Assembly: GCA_010909165.1 (NCBI GenBank)
Contig: MU008195.1
Span: 372,001-436,000, forward strand
Direction: 5' to 3'
Source of the DNA: Anthoceros angustus
Lineage: Eukaryota > Plantae > Anthocerotophyta
DNA: 64,000 bases
A model generated the notes under the pieces. It was not told the DNA's origin. It ran no database searches and was given only the letters and a program-made list of their open reading frames with translations. This document shows positions 36,824 through 47,981 of the stretch, one piece after another. Position 1 is the first letter of the stretch; each line of letters opens with the position of its first letter. Made by a program: the position numbers and the translations under genes.

Positions 36824-37501
36824 ATGGCAGAACAACATGCAGAAAGCGATATGAACGGAGTGAGCGGGTCTCACACCTTGACAGTGAAGCAGGATCCAAA
36901 TCAAACAACTCCTACCGTCTTCCGCCGTCACAAAAAGTGCTGCATATGTTGTGCTGTGATTGCTGCCCATATCGTGGTGCTCGTCTTAGTTCTCGTCCTG
37001 GCGATTGTCATCCTCTCGCTGACCGTATTCAAGGCCAAAAACCCCACTTTCACTACAGACAGTGTGCTGCTGGAGAACATCGTCGCCAGTCCGGTTCCAC
37101 CACCGCAGGCGAACCTTACGCTCATCATCACACTGACTGTGCACAACCCCAACATAGCCAGCTTCGAGTATGGGAACAGCACGGCACATATCTACTACCG
37201 GGACATTGAAGTGGGATATGCTCCCATACTAGCAGGCGAGATGGAGGCACACTCTACCAAAACCGCTAGCTCCAGCCTGACAATTGAGCTGGCTAAGTTC
37301 GTCTCGGAACCCCTCATCCTCATTCAGGACGTTCTGGACGGAGCCTTTCCTATGACCGTCAATTCTCTTCTCTCCGGAAAGGTGAACATCTTCAACATAG
37401 TCAAGAAGCACGTTACAGCCTCAGGAGCATGCACCACCACCGTTTTCGCAAATTTGACAGCAGGCCCCCTCGACTGTCAGTACTACACGAAGGGCCTGTG
37501 A
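36824..37501 (+). CDS. LEA_2 / NDR1-HIN1-like protein
   Basis: KKCCICC + TM, TVFKAKNP, VHNPNIASFEYGNSTAHIYYR; intronless. Confidence 0.9.
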   Translation: MAEQHAESDMNGVSGSHTLTVKQDPNQTTPTVFRRHKKCCICCAVIAAHIVVLVLVLVLAIVILSLTVFKAKNPTFTTDSVLLENIVASPVPPPQANLTLIITLTVHNPNIASFEYGNSTAHIYYRDIEVGYAPILAGEMEAHSTKTASSSLTIELAKFVSEPLILIQDVLDGAFPMTVNSLLSGKVNIFNIVKKHVTASGACTTTVFANLTAGPLDCQYYTKGL

Positions 37502-37799
37502 CCGGGTGCTCTTTTCTCTGAGTCCCTTCCAAGGTTCTCCATGTGCTTGTACCCGCCATAACCATGCTCTACTCTCGGTTGTCCTCTACTCTCGATTGTC
37601 CTTAACTGAGGAGCAAGTTGTTGGCAAGTTTATCAGAAAACTTATCAACGTCTTTGCTTGCGCAGACAGTTTCTTTTCCTACTTTTCCTCCTGTTTTTCT
37701 TTCTGCCATCCATATGCTTACCACACAGACTTTGCTCAGTCGGGGGTACGAGAGCTGGAGGCCACACAAGTTCAACCTCCAGCACCTTTTGCTGGGGCA

Positions 37800-38150
37800 G
37801 AAGGTGCTGGTGCTCGGCACTCTGAGGGTCCAATACTTTCAAAACACCGGGTTGCCCTCTATATCCCCATAACGTTTGCAGGCATATGGCAAAGCCGTCA
37901 ACCCCAAATAATTGTCTTCGCTCTCACATGATGAAAGCATGTTCTCTGCCTCATCTAAAGGACCTGCGCATGCAATTGCAATGCGGAATATTAGGTTTGA
38001 TGCCCTGCTGTTCGATGGCATTAAAGTGCTTGTGGCCCTCAGTCACCAATCTTTCCTTCATGACCGCATGCTACCAAAACACAGGTCAAAGTAGAAATCG
38101 TCAGCCTGGCCCTGCTGTTCCATGGCATTAAAGTCCTCGGGACCCTCAGT
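37800..38150 (-). pseudogene. PPR (PLS/E-type) remnant
   Basis: ACAGPLDEAENML...TALPYACKRYGDIE resembles the C-terminal PPR/E motif; stops present. Confidence 0.5.
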
Positions 38151-38341
38151 CACAAATCCCCCATGCCCGCATGCTACCAAACCGCAGGTGAAAGTAGAAT
38201 CGTCAGGCTGAATACCAGCAAGGAACATCTCGTCAAAACAAGCAAGTGCGTATATGCAATGGAGAGGAGCACTGAACAGATGCGCTCACATTCAAAGTGT
38301 GAGTGAAGCGTTATGTACAAAAGTCTCAGGAGTTGAAACGT

Positions 38342-38970
38342 TGTGACCGGAACCTAACTGCCTACTTATGAAGTAATGTTTTATATGTTCTATATTATGA
38401 AACGTGCCCTAAAGGGTGGAGGTTAGTATTTTTTAACACTCCCACTTAACGTCTAGTCCTTGGGCTTTGTATTCTTATGCTTTGTGACAGCCTTTTCCAA
38501 AAGGCTGAAGTTTGGTGAGGCCTATGCTTAGGGCCGCTCTTGAGGAGAGCATGGCCTTCATACGCTGAGAGTTCATATGTCAAGTCTGGTGTGCCAGAGA
38601 TATGAGGTATTCTCCTTACATATGGCTGAAAGAGATAAGGGAGAATGGTTGACGTTGAGATGATATAGGTCCGTCCTGCTGCAAGTCTCCTATTGCGATT
38701 AACTCTCCTTGTGCTGTTTCTATGATGCAGTGGCCTCCTCCAAAGCAGGCATAGCAGCCAGATTGGTCAACTTTCCGAATAGAGGATAAAGTTTTTGTAA
38801 GCCCGGGTGCATGTAGGACTTCAGATATTTGAAGGATATGGCCGGAGTTCAATTTGAGATAGACCATGCAATGACCTAAAATAGGGTGCCCTTTACAATG
38901 CGAAAAGTGTATCGTAAAGTACACGATCAGGTCTGAAAAATGCACCTTATCGTATGGGAGTAGGTACTCT
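38342..38970 (-). mobile_element. Internally deleted Ty1/copia fragment with putative PPT and short LTR
   Basis: LQISEVLHAPGLTKTLSSI...CII...LIAIG followed by YLWHTRL (copia pol, pre-integrase region). On the minus strand GTGGGAG|TGTTAA...TCACA gives an LTR-like 38342-38438. Confidence 0.6.
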
Positions 38971-39700
38971 CATGTTTTTGAGCATCCGGAATCTGAGAGT
39001 GCAGGTGCCTGCCCTTGTGTAAGGCAGGCACTTGCACACGCTCTCAAAAGGCAAGAAAAAGTAACGCTGTCACCTAGAATCAGGCCTCTTTCTCCATTTA
39101 GTCTACACAGGCCAAGAGCCTCTTGAGAGCGAGCCTGTTGTGCATGGTAAGCTATTAGAACCGTCCATGTCGGCACATTGTTTTAGGCAACGTCGCCACA
39201 TTGTTTTAGGCGAACTGTCAAAAAACCCCGAGTGCCATCTTCCAGTTTGCCACATTTTGCATACATGTCCACAAGGCAGTTGCCCACCAGTATGATATCC
39301 AGCACCCAATCTGTAAGCGCAGCTTCCTGCCCCCCTGCCCCTCTGTAAGGCACCATCGCTTGCACAACCTTAAGAAAGCAGGCAAAAGTAATGTGATTAC
39401 CCAATCTCAGGCCCTCTTGCACCATTTGTCCATGTAGAAGAAGTGCTTCTTGACAAAGCCCATGATTTGCGTACCCAACTATGAGGGAGGTGTATGGGAC
39501 GACGGAGCATGTTGTCATATGAACCTTCCTTATAGCTGGGTAAGGGAGGTGACGACATCGGTAAGTTGCACGCATGGAATTTGACGCACGCTCTCAAAAA
39601 CGATGCCTTCCACAAGGCACTTGCCCACCAAAATTTGCATTTTCTAGCTGACCTCTTTCCAATATCTGAGAGTGCAGATGCCTGCCCTCTTGTAAAGCAC
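38970..39700 (-). pseudogene. PLS-class PPR remnant
   Basis: TSLIVGYANHGLCQEALLL, ITFACFLK, GNCLVDMYAKCGKLEDG; frameshifted. Confidence 0.75.
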
Positions 39701-39912
39701 AAGCTAGCACCTGCACATGCCTTCAGAAGGGCAGGTCAGCCAGAACCGGGCCCTGCTCCATTTCTCTATTCAGAACAAACCACCAAAAGAGAACCTTTAT
39801 TATGGCAGAACTGCGCTAGTCAGCAAGACGCTGAATCCAGCTCTCAAATGGCCTATACACAGGCTAGGCTTTCTGTGATCGACGAGGTAACTGCGTTACT
39901 TGTGCTACATGT

Positions 39913-41737
39913 CTACTTCTTCAGGTTCTGGTAGAACATCTCGAGGTCGATGTGAAGACGGTGGCCGCCACGGTTATAACTCCCGTCATCCTCTCTTTCC
40001 TCACGGCTCGGTGGCAGAATGGCAGCATGCCTGGTGCGGCGCTTCATCATCTCTGTCACCATCTTCTCGTCCACGTTGAATGCAGCCATGAGCAATTCCT
40101 GGGCATGTTTCTGAACACGCTGTCTTCCCCGGCCATATGCATCGGCATGGGCCTGCGTTCATAGGCACAGGGATCTCACATGTAAGCTCCCACACAACAG
40201 CTACAAAATTAGCCTAAGGATTTCACCCACAAACAGGACGGTCGTAAGGAATGGCATCACATACATGTCGGTGGTGGTGAAGGCGATCAGCTCGCAACCT
40301 TCGTGGCCAGCTCGTTTCATCACCGGATGGCCCATGGGGACCATCAACATTTGACCCTCCTCCATTTCCTCGTCGAAGCAGCGCTCACCGTTGGGCCTGA
40401 CCACTTGCACGCGGACGGATCCCCTGCTGCAGTACACCATGTTGTGTCCATTGGCCATGTACCCAGGCGCCACCATCGCCTCCTGAAGGAGACATCCAAG
40501 TCAGAAACGTTACTGGGATGGAATCGCTTTCTTCCTATCCTGCCAGACAGCGATCAAAACTTACGGGTTCCAGGCGGATTCGGATTGCGCCCATTCCAGT
40601 CTGCGGGCGCATGGTCTGGAGCACAGGCAGGCGGAAGCGGTTGAGCATAGTCATGCACCCTCCCCGGCTGCTGTAGTGGTCGCAGTTGGCGTGCTCCATG
40701 TCGTACATGAAGTGCATCATGGACATGGATCCCATCGACTCGGACTCGCTCCCTTCTCGCCCACACTGGCTGCACATGAGGTCGTGGAAGGGGTGATTCT
40801 CCTCCACTCGGATGATGCCACTTTCCTCCTGGCTGTTAACCAGCTTGTCCACCATCTTCTCGTCCACGTTCCAAGCCGCCGCCAGCATTTCCTTGCTGAA
40901 GCCTTGCATCACGCTGCCGCACTGCTCGCCTCTGCCTCCCATCAGCATGAACCCCTGCGCATGCACACAACACTCCGGAATCTGCCATCAACACTCCCCC
41001 GCATAGCAGTAATCAACATGGGTCCGTGAATTGTGAGACGTTTGCAAGCTCTCTTACGCTGCATCGCCCAGGCTTGACTGCTGCCATCGAGGTGTCGGCC
41101 ATGGCCACCAAGTGGCACTCTCCACCGTGCTCCTTCTCCCAACGATGGTGTTCGTGTTGGTGCTTCCGTTCGCGGTCCTCCTCCCGCCGGTTCTCACGAC
41201 CCCGCGCACACTCACAGCCCCGACTTTCGTCTCCCATGTTGTAGAACCAGAACACCATACCCCGCGGGACTGCCACAACCTGGCCCTTCCGGATCATGCG
41301 GTAGTCTCGGCGGGCGCCCATCGGCAGGCTCATGCCCATCATCGCATGCCCTGTACCCAGCAACCATTCCACAGAATGAGCAATCAGAGCATGAGACGAC
41401 GTTGTTCACAATGTGCCCTCTGCAGGCACAGGATTTCACAAGAATGGGACGATGAGATGCACGTACCTCGGGTACAATAAATGAGCATCGCAGAGTCCGT
41501 GTACTTGGGCAGCAGCAACCCGCGCTCCCTCAATTGAATTCGCGCGCCTTCCATACCCGCATTCTCCAGAGCCTCACACCGATCCGATCTCCACATGTCA
41601 AACCGACCTCCCTCGGACTCGAACGTTCTGTCGGCTTCCAGCCTCGCGCACTGAGACTGGTCACCCATTGCTGTGGCCACCAGCGCGGCCAGCAGCAGGC
41701 CGGCAATCACCACTCCCATCTTCCCCATGTGCGCCAT
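39913..41737 (-). CDS. 11S legumin-like bicupin storage globulin, 5 exons, Met-rich; one 1-nt deletion near 40100
   Basis: Exons 41467-41737, 41058-41350, 40565-40954, 40265-40482, 39913-40152, all GT-AG. Signal peptide, ESEGG, LLLPKY, GQVVAVPRG, GFSKEMLAAAWNV, GQMLMVP motifs. Confidence 0.9.
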
Positions 41738-41873
41738 GGTTGCAAGCAGCCAACTCGTCAGACGTACAGGACTATGGACTACCAAAAGTGAGGGAAGAGC
41801 AGATGTGTGTGACAGTACAAGCAGGGGCGGGCTTTATGGCAGTGCGCCCATCCCCCGACTGGGTGAAAAGGCG

Positions 41874-41879
41874 CATGCA
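41874..41879. promoter_or_regulatory. RY element (CATGCA) upstream of the legumin gene
   Basis: About 140 bp upstream of the ATG. RY boxes are established B3-factor sites in storage-protein promoters, but a single hexamer is weak evidence. Confidence 0.35.
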
Positions 41880-42059
41880 ACTCCCTGATAAGAACTGGTG
41901 CCAAGTCTAGTATTCCCTTCGACACTTGTCCTCCAAGAGGCTCAGTGATGTGTCGAGTCTGCTGCAGTGAACGAGTAGTCTTGCCAACGAATGCTTACCA
42001 TGCTGGAAACGAGAAAGCCCGAAAGCCGGGCGGAAGTTCTGTGCTTCTGGTTCTCCGCG

Positions 42060-42320
42060 AGGATCCCGAGTACTTCTCACCCACAAGCTCACGGACAAGA
42101 GCGATGGTTCAGCTTCGGCGACGGGAAGAAGCAATAGGCAGAGCAGGGAGGGGAAGAAGCATAAGTAAAGAGAGGAGGGGAAGAAACAGAACCAGAGGAA
42201 GGAAGGGAAGAAGCAGAAGCAGAGGAAGGAAGGGGAAGAAGCAGAAGCAGAGAAAGGAGGGGAAGAAGCATAAGCAGAGAAAGGAGAGGAAGAAGCATAA
42301 GCAGAGAAAGAGAAAGGAGG
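42060..42320 (+). repeat. Tiny kinase remnant ([14 protein letters not shown]) followed by a purine-rich GAAGCAGA/GGAAG minisatellite
   Basis: GGATCCCGAGTACTTCTCACCCACAAGCTCACGGACAAGAGCGATG at about 42061-42106; repeat array at 42130-42320. Confidence 0.7.
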
Positions 42321-42587
42321 GTGTGCATGATTTCACTGTTGGTCACTCTGTGCGTCCAAATTGTGGTCAGTCCTTTGTGTGAGGTTAGCCGGGATCACAA
42401 CCTGCGCAGTTCGATCTTGGTTGGAGAGCTCGATTGATTGTTCATGTTACAATGAAGTTAGCGGGGAGAGACGTCGACAACGAGGCCCCTGGTGGGCACG
42501 CCGGTGTCGGAGTGGTCGGAATTGTGATCTGAAGTGTTGCAATTGCGAGTGTTGTCGGAAGTGTGCTTGCGTTGTGGCATTTTCACG

Positions 42588-43400
42588 TTCGGGAGAGAGC
42601 CGATGAACGCCGGGATGGCGCCTAAGAGGGAATTGTTGTTGAGGCGGAGGTGCTGGACGGAGGCCAGGTTGGTGAAGGTGGTCGGGATCGGGCCGGTGAA
42701 GAAATTCTGATCCACCTGGAGACGGATGAGCGTCGTCAGCTGGCCCAGTTCCGGGGGCAGCGGGCCTGTCAGCTGGTTCCCGCTCACCAGCAGCAGCTGC
42801 AGGTACTGGAGGTTGCCGATGGAAGACGGCAGGCTCCCCGAGATGTTGTTCCAGATCACGTTCAGCGTCACCAGGTTCTTCATATCGCCGACCTCGGGAG
42901 CCAGCTCGCCCTGCAGCCCCATCCATGAGAGCCGCAGCTCAACCACCATCCCCACGCCTTGCTCGTCCCTCTCGCAGAAGACCCCCTCCCACGCCTGCTC
43001 GTCCCTCTCGCAGAACACCCCTTCCCACGCCGGGACAAAACAGAACTGGAGCTTGGCCCGCACGGATTATCCCCTTCCAGCTCACCAGGCTCTGGCTCGG
43101 ATCCACCCGCACGGATTATCCCCTTCCAGCTCACCAGGCTCCGGCTCGGATCCACCCGCACGGATTATCCCCTTCCAGCTCACCAGGCTCCGGCTCGGAT
43201 CCACCCGCACGGATTATCCCCTTCCAGCTCACCAGGCTCCGGCTCGGATCCACCAGCCCGACTTTCACGGCCCGTAGCGCCGTCCAGCTCACCAGGCTCC
43301 GGCTCGGATCCACCAGCCCGACTTTCACGGCCCGCAGCGCCGTCCAGCTCACCAGGCTCCGGCTCGGCCCGCAGCGCCGTCAGGTCGACCGCATTCATGC
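42588..43400 (-). pseudogene. 5' fragment of an LRR-VIII-1 RLK with nested tandem duplications
   Basis: NAVDLTALRAVKVGLVDPSRSLVSW, VVELRLSWMGLQGELAPEVG...QVDQNFFTGPIP. No signal peptide; truncated after LPNV. Confidence 0.9.
43061..43370. repeat. 49-bp x4 and 60-bp x2 tandem arrays derived from LRRNT-coding DNA
   Basis: CACGGATTATCCCCTTCCAG... at 43061, 43110, 43159, 43208; 60-nt period at 43261/43321. Confidence 0.93.
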
Positions 43401-44989
43401 TCGGCTCGGCACCCAACGCTCAACTATGGCGCTCAATTAATGCCCACCTGCTCCACCCACCTGCTCCACCACAGGAAAAAGCACAGGTATGTCCCGGGAT
43501 GCGGGGCCGAGATGTTCTGGCCTCCTTCCATCACTCACCCCATGGCATTCAGACATTCAGAGGAGTCACTGCACTCACCCCATGGCATTCAGACATTCAG
43601 AGGAGTCAGTGACTGCACAGTCCCCGTCGCACCTTCTTCTTCCTGCAACACACACTTCCGAGGCACCTCCTTCCTTCTGCAGCAACAGCAACACAATCGG
43701 ATCGATGCAGCTTATAACTTCCCTCTGCAGCAAGGACACTGCAGCAAGGACACAATCGGATGCAGCCTCCAGCTTCCCTCTCAGGTAGCAGCAACATAAT
43801 GGTCGGATGCACAGCTTCGAGCTTGCTTCTACCCTTGCAGCGGCACAGTCCACACAGTCGGATGCAGCAATTTTAGCTTCCTTATCCAGCAGCACCGACA
43901 TTGTGGGACGCAAGGAGAAAAAAACACGGGATAATTATTAGCTCAGGACAGGGAGCAGATTTCCCTCACAGATGCACACGCACAAGCACACCAACACGCA
44001 AGCACACGAAAGGACGAGAAAATACGACAACGCAAGCACACAGAAGAAGGAAAGGAGGAGAAACAATCAAACAGTCAGGAACAGAAAGGAGGAGAAATAA
44101 TCTCACAGTCAGGAACAGAAAGGTGGGAGAAAATATCACGAGAAGGAGATGAGGATAGACACGGCAACACAGAGCTTGTTTGTTTCCTTCCGTGTGTTCT
44201 TCAGCCATGCAAGGCAAGGAAAGGCAAGCAGTGGAGAAAGGTGGAAGGAGGGAGGACCCGACAGTGCCGGCGGCGGAATGGCCGCCACATTGGCCAGGCT
44301 GAAGCCTGTCACGGCAAGTACGCACCCTTCGAGGAAGAGAGTGGCAGCGCTGAAGACTTCGTCTTGCGGCGTGCTCGTGGGGGAGCGGCGGGCGGGTAGG
44401 AGTGGGATAACATCGTGCCTTGTCCTACCCTTCGAGGAAGAGAGTGACAGAGCTGAAGGCTTCGTCTTCCGGCCTGCCTGTGGGGGAGCAGCTGGTGGGC
44501 AGAAGGGGGATAACAGAGTGCCTTGTCGTTTGCGGAGATGGCTCCTGATGTGGCATCAACCGAATCCTGCGCGGGCCGCGGCCCTGGCCCCCGCCCCTCC
44601 ATATCCGCCTTGCGTGTCTGTAGCCAAGTGAGCACAGTGAATGATGCCGGCGGCACAGGGATATGCGGTGTGTAGATGCCGCCGTGAAAGGGAAGGGGCA
44701 GCATGAGGGCGGGAGCAAATTATGGAGGTGCTGGATTCTGCGGACAGGTACTGCTCCTGCCAGGTGGACGAGCTCGTCGGAGAATGGGGAGCAGGGTTTG
44801 GTGGTTGGAGCCATGGGCATTTTTTCTCTTCCATTCGCAGGGGACACGGATATCAGGCGGAGTTGGTGCCGCTGCGCTTCGACAGTGATGGGGATGACCT
44901 AACCTATGGGAGGAGACGAGACAGTCATTGTCCGTGTTTTGTGCATCGTCGGTAGCTTAGTGAGCTCAGGTCGGGGGGCCAGGTTGCGT

Positions 44990-45734
44990 TGCGATGTGGG
45001 GCAAGGAAGGGAAGCCAGGTTTAGTTAGGGCGTAGAGGAGCAGGAGGAGGAGGAGGGGAGATTCGTGTTCGCCGGTGCCTCATAAAGGAGGAGGCGGCAG
45101 GATTTTCTCTCCTCGTCAATTTGCAGGGCAAACTCGTCATCACTGCAACCACGAACGAGCAGCTCACCGAGATCCTGTCCGATGCCATTGCTTCCAAGCG
45201 GCTTGTGAGTCCTTTTCCTCTGTTGCTCCTGCAACTCTTGCTGTAAAGGTCTGCTGGTGATGCGGAATTAGTTTGGTTTGATTGGAATTCATGGCCTCTC
45301 TGTGCACGCTGTGGTGAACTATGGAGCGTCCTGGTAAGCCGTGTGTGGAACTAGTTGTTGCATGTGCTTTTCCGAGTTGCATGCACTAGCTGCATATTCT
45401 GTTCTGAGTTGCACTGCTGGTCTTGTGGTATGCTCAGCCCTAGCACACGGATTGCTTCTGCCTCAGGTGCCTCTCGTGTAAACAAATGCTTCCCACTTTC
45501 TGCAACCCTGAGCAACGAGCATCCGTCCTCCCTTTTTTGTCATGCGAGTGTGAGGCCATGACACTGGATGTACTTTACACTCCAACGTTCCGTTTCTACA
45601 GGGACGGGGCCAAGGTGGATGAGTTGTCTGGCGGGGGCGCCCAGAGTCTTGGGGATCGTGTATGGCTGCAGTCCTTGAACGGGAATTCCAATTCCTCTGC
45701 TAGGCAGAGCTCGGGCACAGGCTGGAAAACTTAA
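44990..45734 (+). pseudogene. Thioredoxin-like 3-3 pseudogene in the inverted block
   Basis: NYGASW|CLSCKQMLPTFC and YTPTFRFYRDG present. Early stop, frameshift, deletion and lost stop codon. Confidence 0.8.
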
Positions 45735-47294
45735 AAATAAAGCTGCCTTCCCTATGGCATTATGTGGTGCTTTGTGCACAAATCTCCAACACATGTGCCA
45801 TGTGTCTGCCAGTGTCTCTCACAACCAGCCCTTAGAGGTGAGTCTCGGCATTGTGGACATGCTTCTACGCTCCTCTTGCTTAGAGATTGCTGCAACACCA
45901 ACTTTGTGTGTCTATGTCAATGTCCGGCTAGAATACATCGTCTCTGTCGATCGTGATTTTCAATTGCTTTCTCGGTGTTCAATCGCTTTTCCAATTGATT
46001 TCTCGGTGTACAGTTGCTTCCTCGGTGTTCAATTGGTTTCTAGGTGGTCATTTGCTTTCTCGGTGTTGGCTCTTGAAATGTTTATACTCGTTCAGCAGCC
46101 ATTGCTGACAGTACCTACTTCCCTGTGTTGCAGGTCTGGTCATGGAGTCAAGGGAATAAGCTGTGTACTCTATAGATACCAGTCACGCGCATGTGCTCAA
46201 GGTCCTTAAATCAACCTAAGCGGCGTCGACTCTTGTTGAAGCAGACTCGGTTGTCCTGGCAGCCTGTGGGCAACGATGGTGGACGTCCTGGGGCCCAGGT
46301 AGTCGACTTATTCGACTTTGGTCGCGCGCAGGGTGCAACGCGTACGGTGGGTGACGCCTGGAGAGCAGGATTGGCCAGGAAGGTTCTGCAGGGCGGACAG
46401 GAGGGGGTTGTTAATTCGTTTGTTGCGACTGTTGAGAAGGCCGTCGTCCCGACGTCAAGTATAAGAGACGCTGGGCCTGCAACCAACTCGTCCGGTGGTT
46501 GAAAAGCGGCCGCCCTTGCCTCTATGTTGTTTGCCGACAACGTGCTTATTGTTTTCTCCTCTCTCGGCTCCTGCGCCTAGCGTTTCTATTGCTTGTGAAG
46601 TTAACTTTACAAAGAATTGCGAGGCAGCATTGCATGCAGTTGTTCCAGCAGGCGAGGTCTGGGACTGTGTCCCGCAGCTGTAGGGGCTCTGATGCAACTA
46701 GCTTCCCCGGTGCATTTCTCCAATTGGGCTGCCGTTACAAGCTCCCGCTACAGTTCTCCAAGCGGGCATCCCAAATTCGATTTCCGAGGCGGGAGTGAAG
46801 TGACGTCCTCTGAAGAAAAGCCGCAGATGTGTAGTAGGAACCTCCTGGTACGACCTTGTGTGCTTTTCGGGGAAGATTGTTCCTGTACTTTCCTGGAAAG
46901 CTTGCCTTCTTTACCTTCGAATTAGAGTTGTTTGGGTAGACACGTCTTGCTCAATTTGGTTCAGCATCTCCTGGTCTTGGTTAGCTCACTTTTATAGAAT
47001 GTCTGTCGGGCTGATTTGGGTCTATAGAGCATGGTTGCCAGCTCGTTTTATTTTGCCTCAACAGAAGGTAGAGGGGCAATTGTCGTCAGCTCTTTTTTTC
47101 CCCCTCAATGGTAGCTAGCTTTTGGTGGAAGCTAGCTCTTGTTCAGCTCATTTGTGTGCTCTCGTGTCTCTGACATGTCTTCTTCCCCCAGGGATACAAT
47201 CTTCGGCTCTCCCATCTCTTGGGAAGGAAGTGACGACACGAGTTACAGGAGTCCGGAATTGGATTCAATATTTTCGACAAGAACAGGAAGGGCC

Positions 47295-47981
47295 ATGGCA
47301 GAAGTACATGCAGAAAGGGATGTGGATGGAGCAGACGGAGAGAATGGAACGAACGGAGACAACAGGTCTCACACCATCGTGACAGTGAAGCAGGATCCAC
47401 ATGAAAGCAGGATACGCAACATCTTCCGTCGCCACAGAAAGTGTTGGATATCCGGTGGTGTTCTGCTCATACTTCTCGTCATTTTGATTGTTATCCTGGC
47501 CTTGACTGTGTTCAAGGCCAAAAAGCCCACTTTCACAGCAGTCAGTGTGGTGCTGGAGAACATCACGGCGAGTCCGGTACCACCACCGCAGACGAATTTG
47601 ACGCTCAGAGTCTCAGCGACTGTGCACAACCCCAACATAGCCAGCTTCAAGTATGGCAACAGCACGGCATATATATACTACCGGGGCATTCTAGTGGGAT
47701 ATGCTCCCATAGGAGCAAGCGAGATGAAGGCACACGGTACCAAAACAACTAGCGTCAACGTAACAGTGGAGCTGGATAGGTTTGTCTCCGACCCCTCCGT
47801 CCTTATCCCGGACATTGTAGCCGGAGCCTTTCCCGTATCCTTCGATGCTGCTATCTCCGGAAAGGTGAACATCGGCAACATAGTCAAGAAGCACATCACA
47901 GCCTCAGCAGCATGCAACACCACGGTTTTCTCAAATTTTACAGACGGCGCCATCGATTGTCATTACCACACGAAGCTATGA
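47295..47981 (+). CDS. LEA_2 / NDR1-HIN1-like protein (paralog of 36824-37501)
   Basis: TM, TVFKAKKP, VHNPNIASFKYGNSTAYIYYR; the 3' flank is also homologous. Confidence 0.9.
   Translation: MAEVHAERDVDGADGENGTNGDNRSHTIVTVKQDPHESRIRNIFRRHRKCWISGGVLLILLVILIVILALTVFKAKKPTFTAVSVVLENITASPVPPPQTNLTLRVSATVHNPNIASFKYGNSTAYIYYRGILVGYAPIGASEMKAHGTKTTSVNVTVELDRFVSDPSVLIPDIVAGAFPVSFDAAISGKVNIGNIVKKHITASAACNTTVFSNFTDGAIDCHYHTKL

Noticed and set aside
43061-43370. CRISPR-like regular repeats
   Set aside because: Head-to-tail units with no unique spacers, derived from RLK coding DNA; eukaryotic context and no cas genes.
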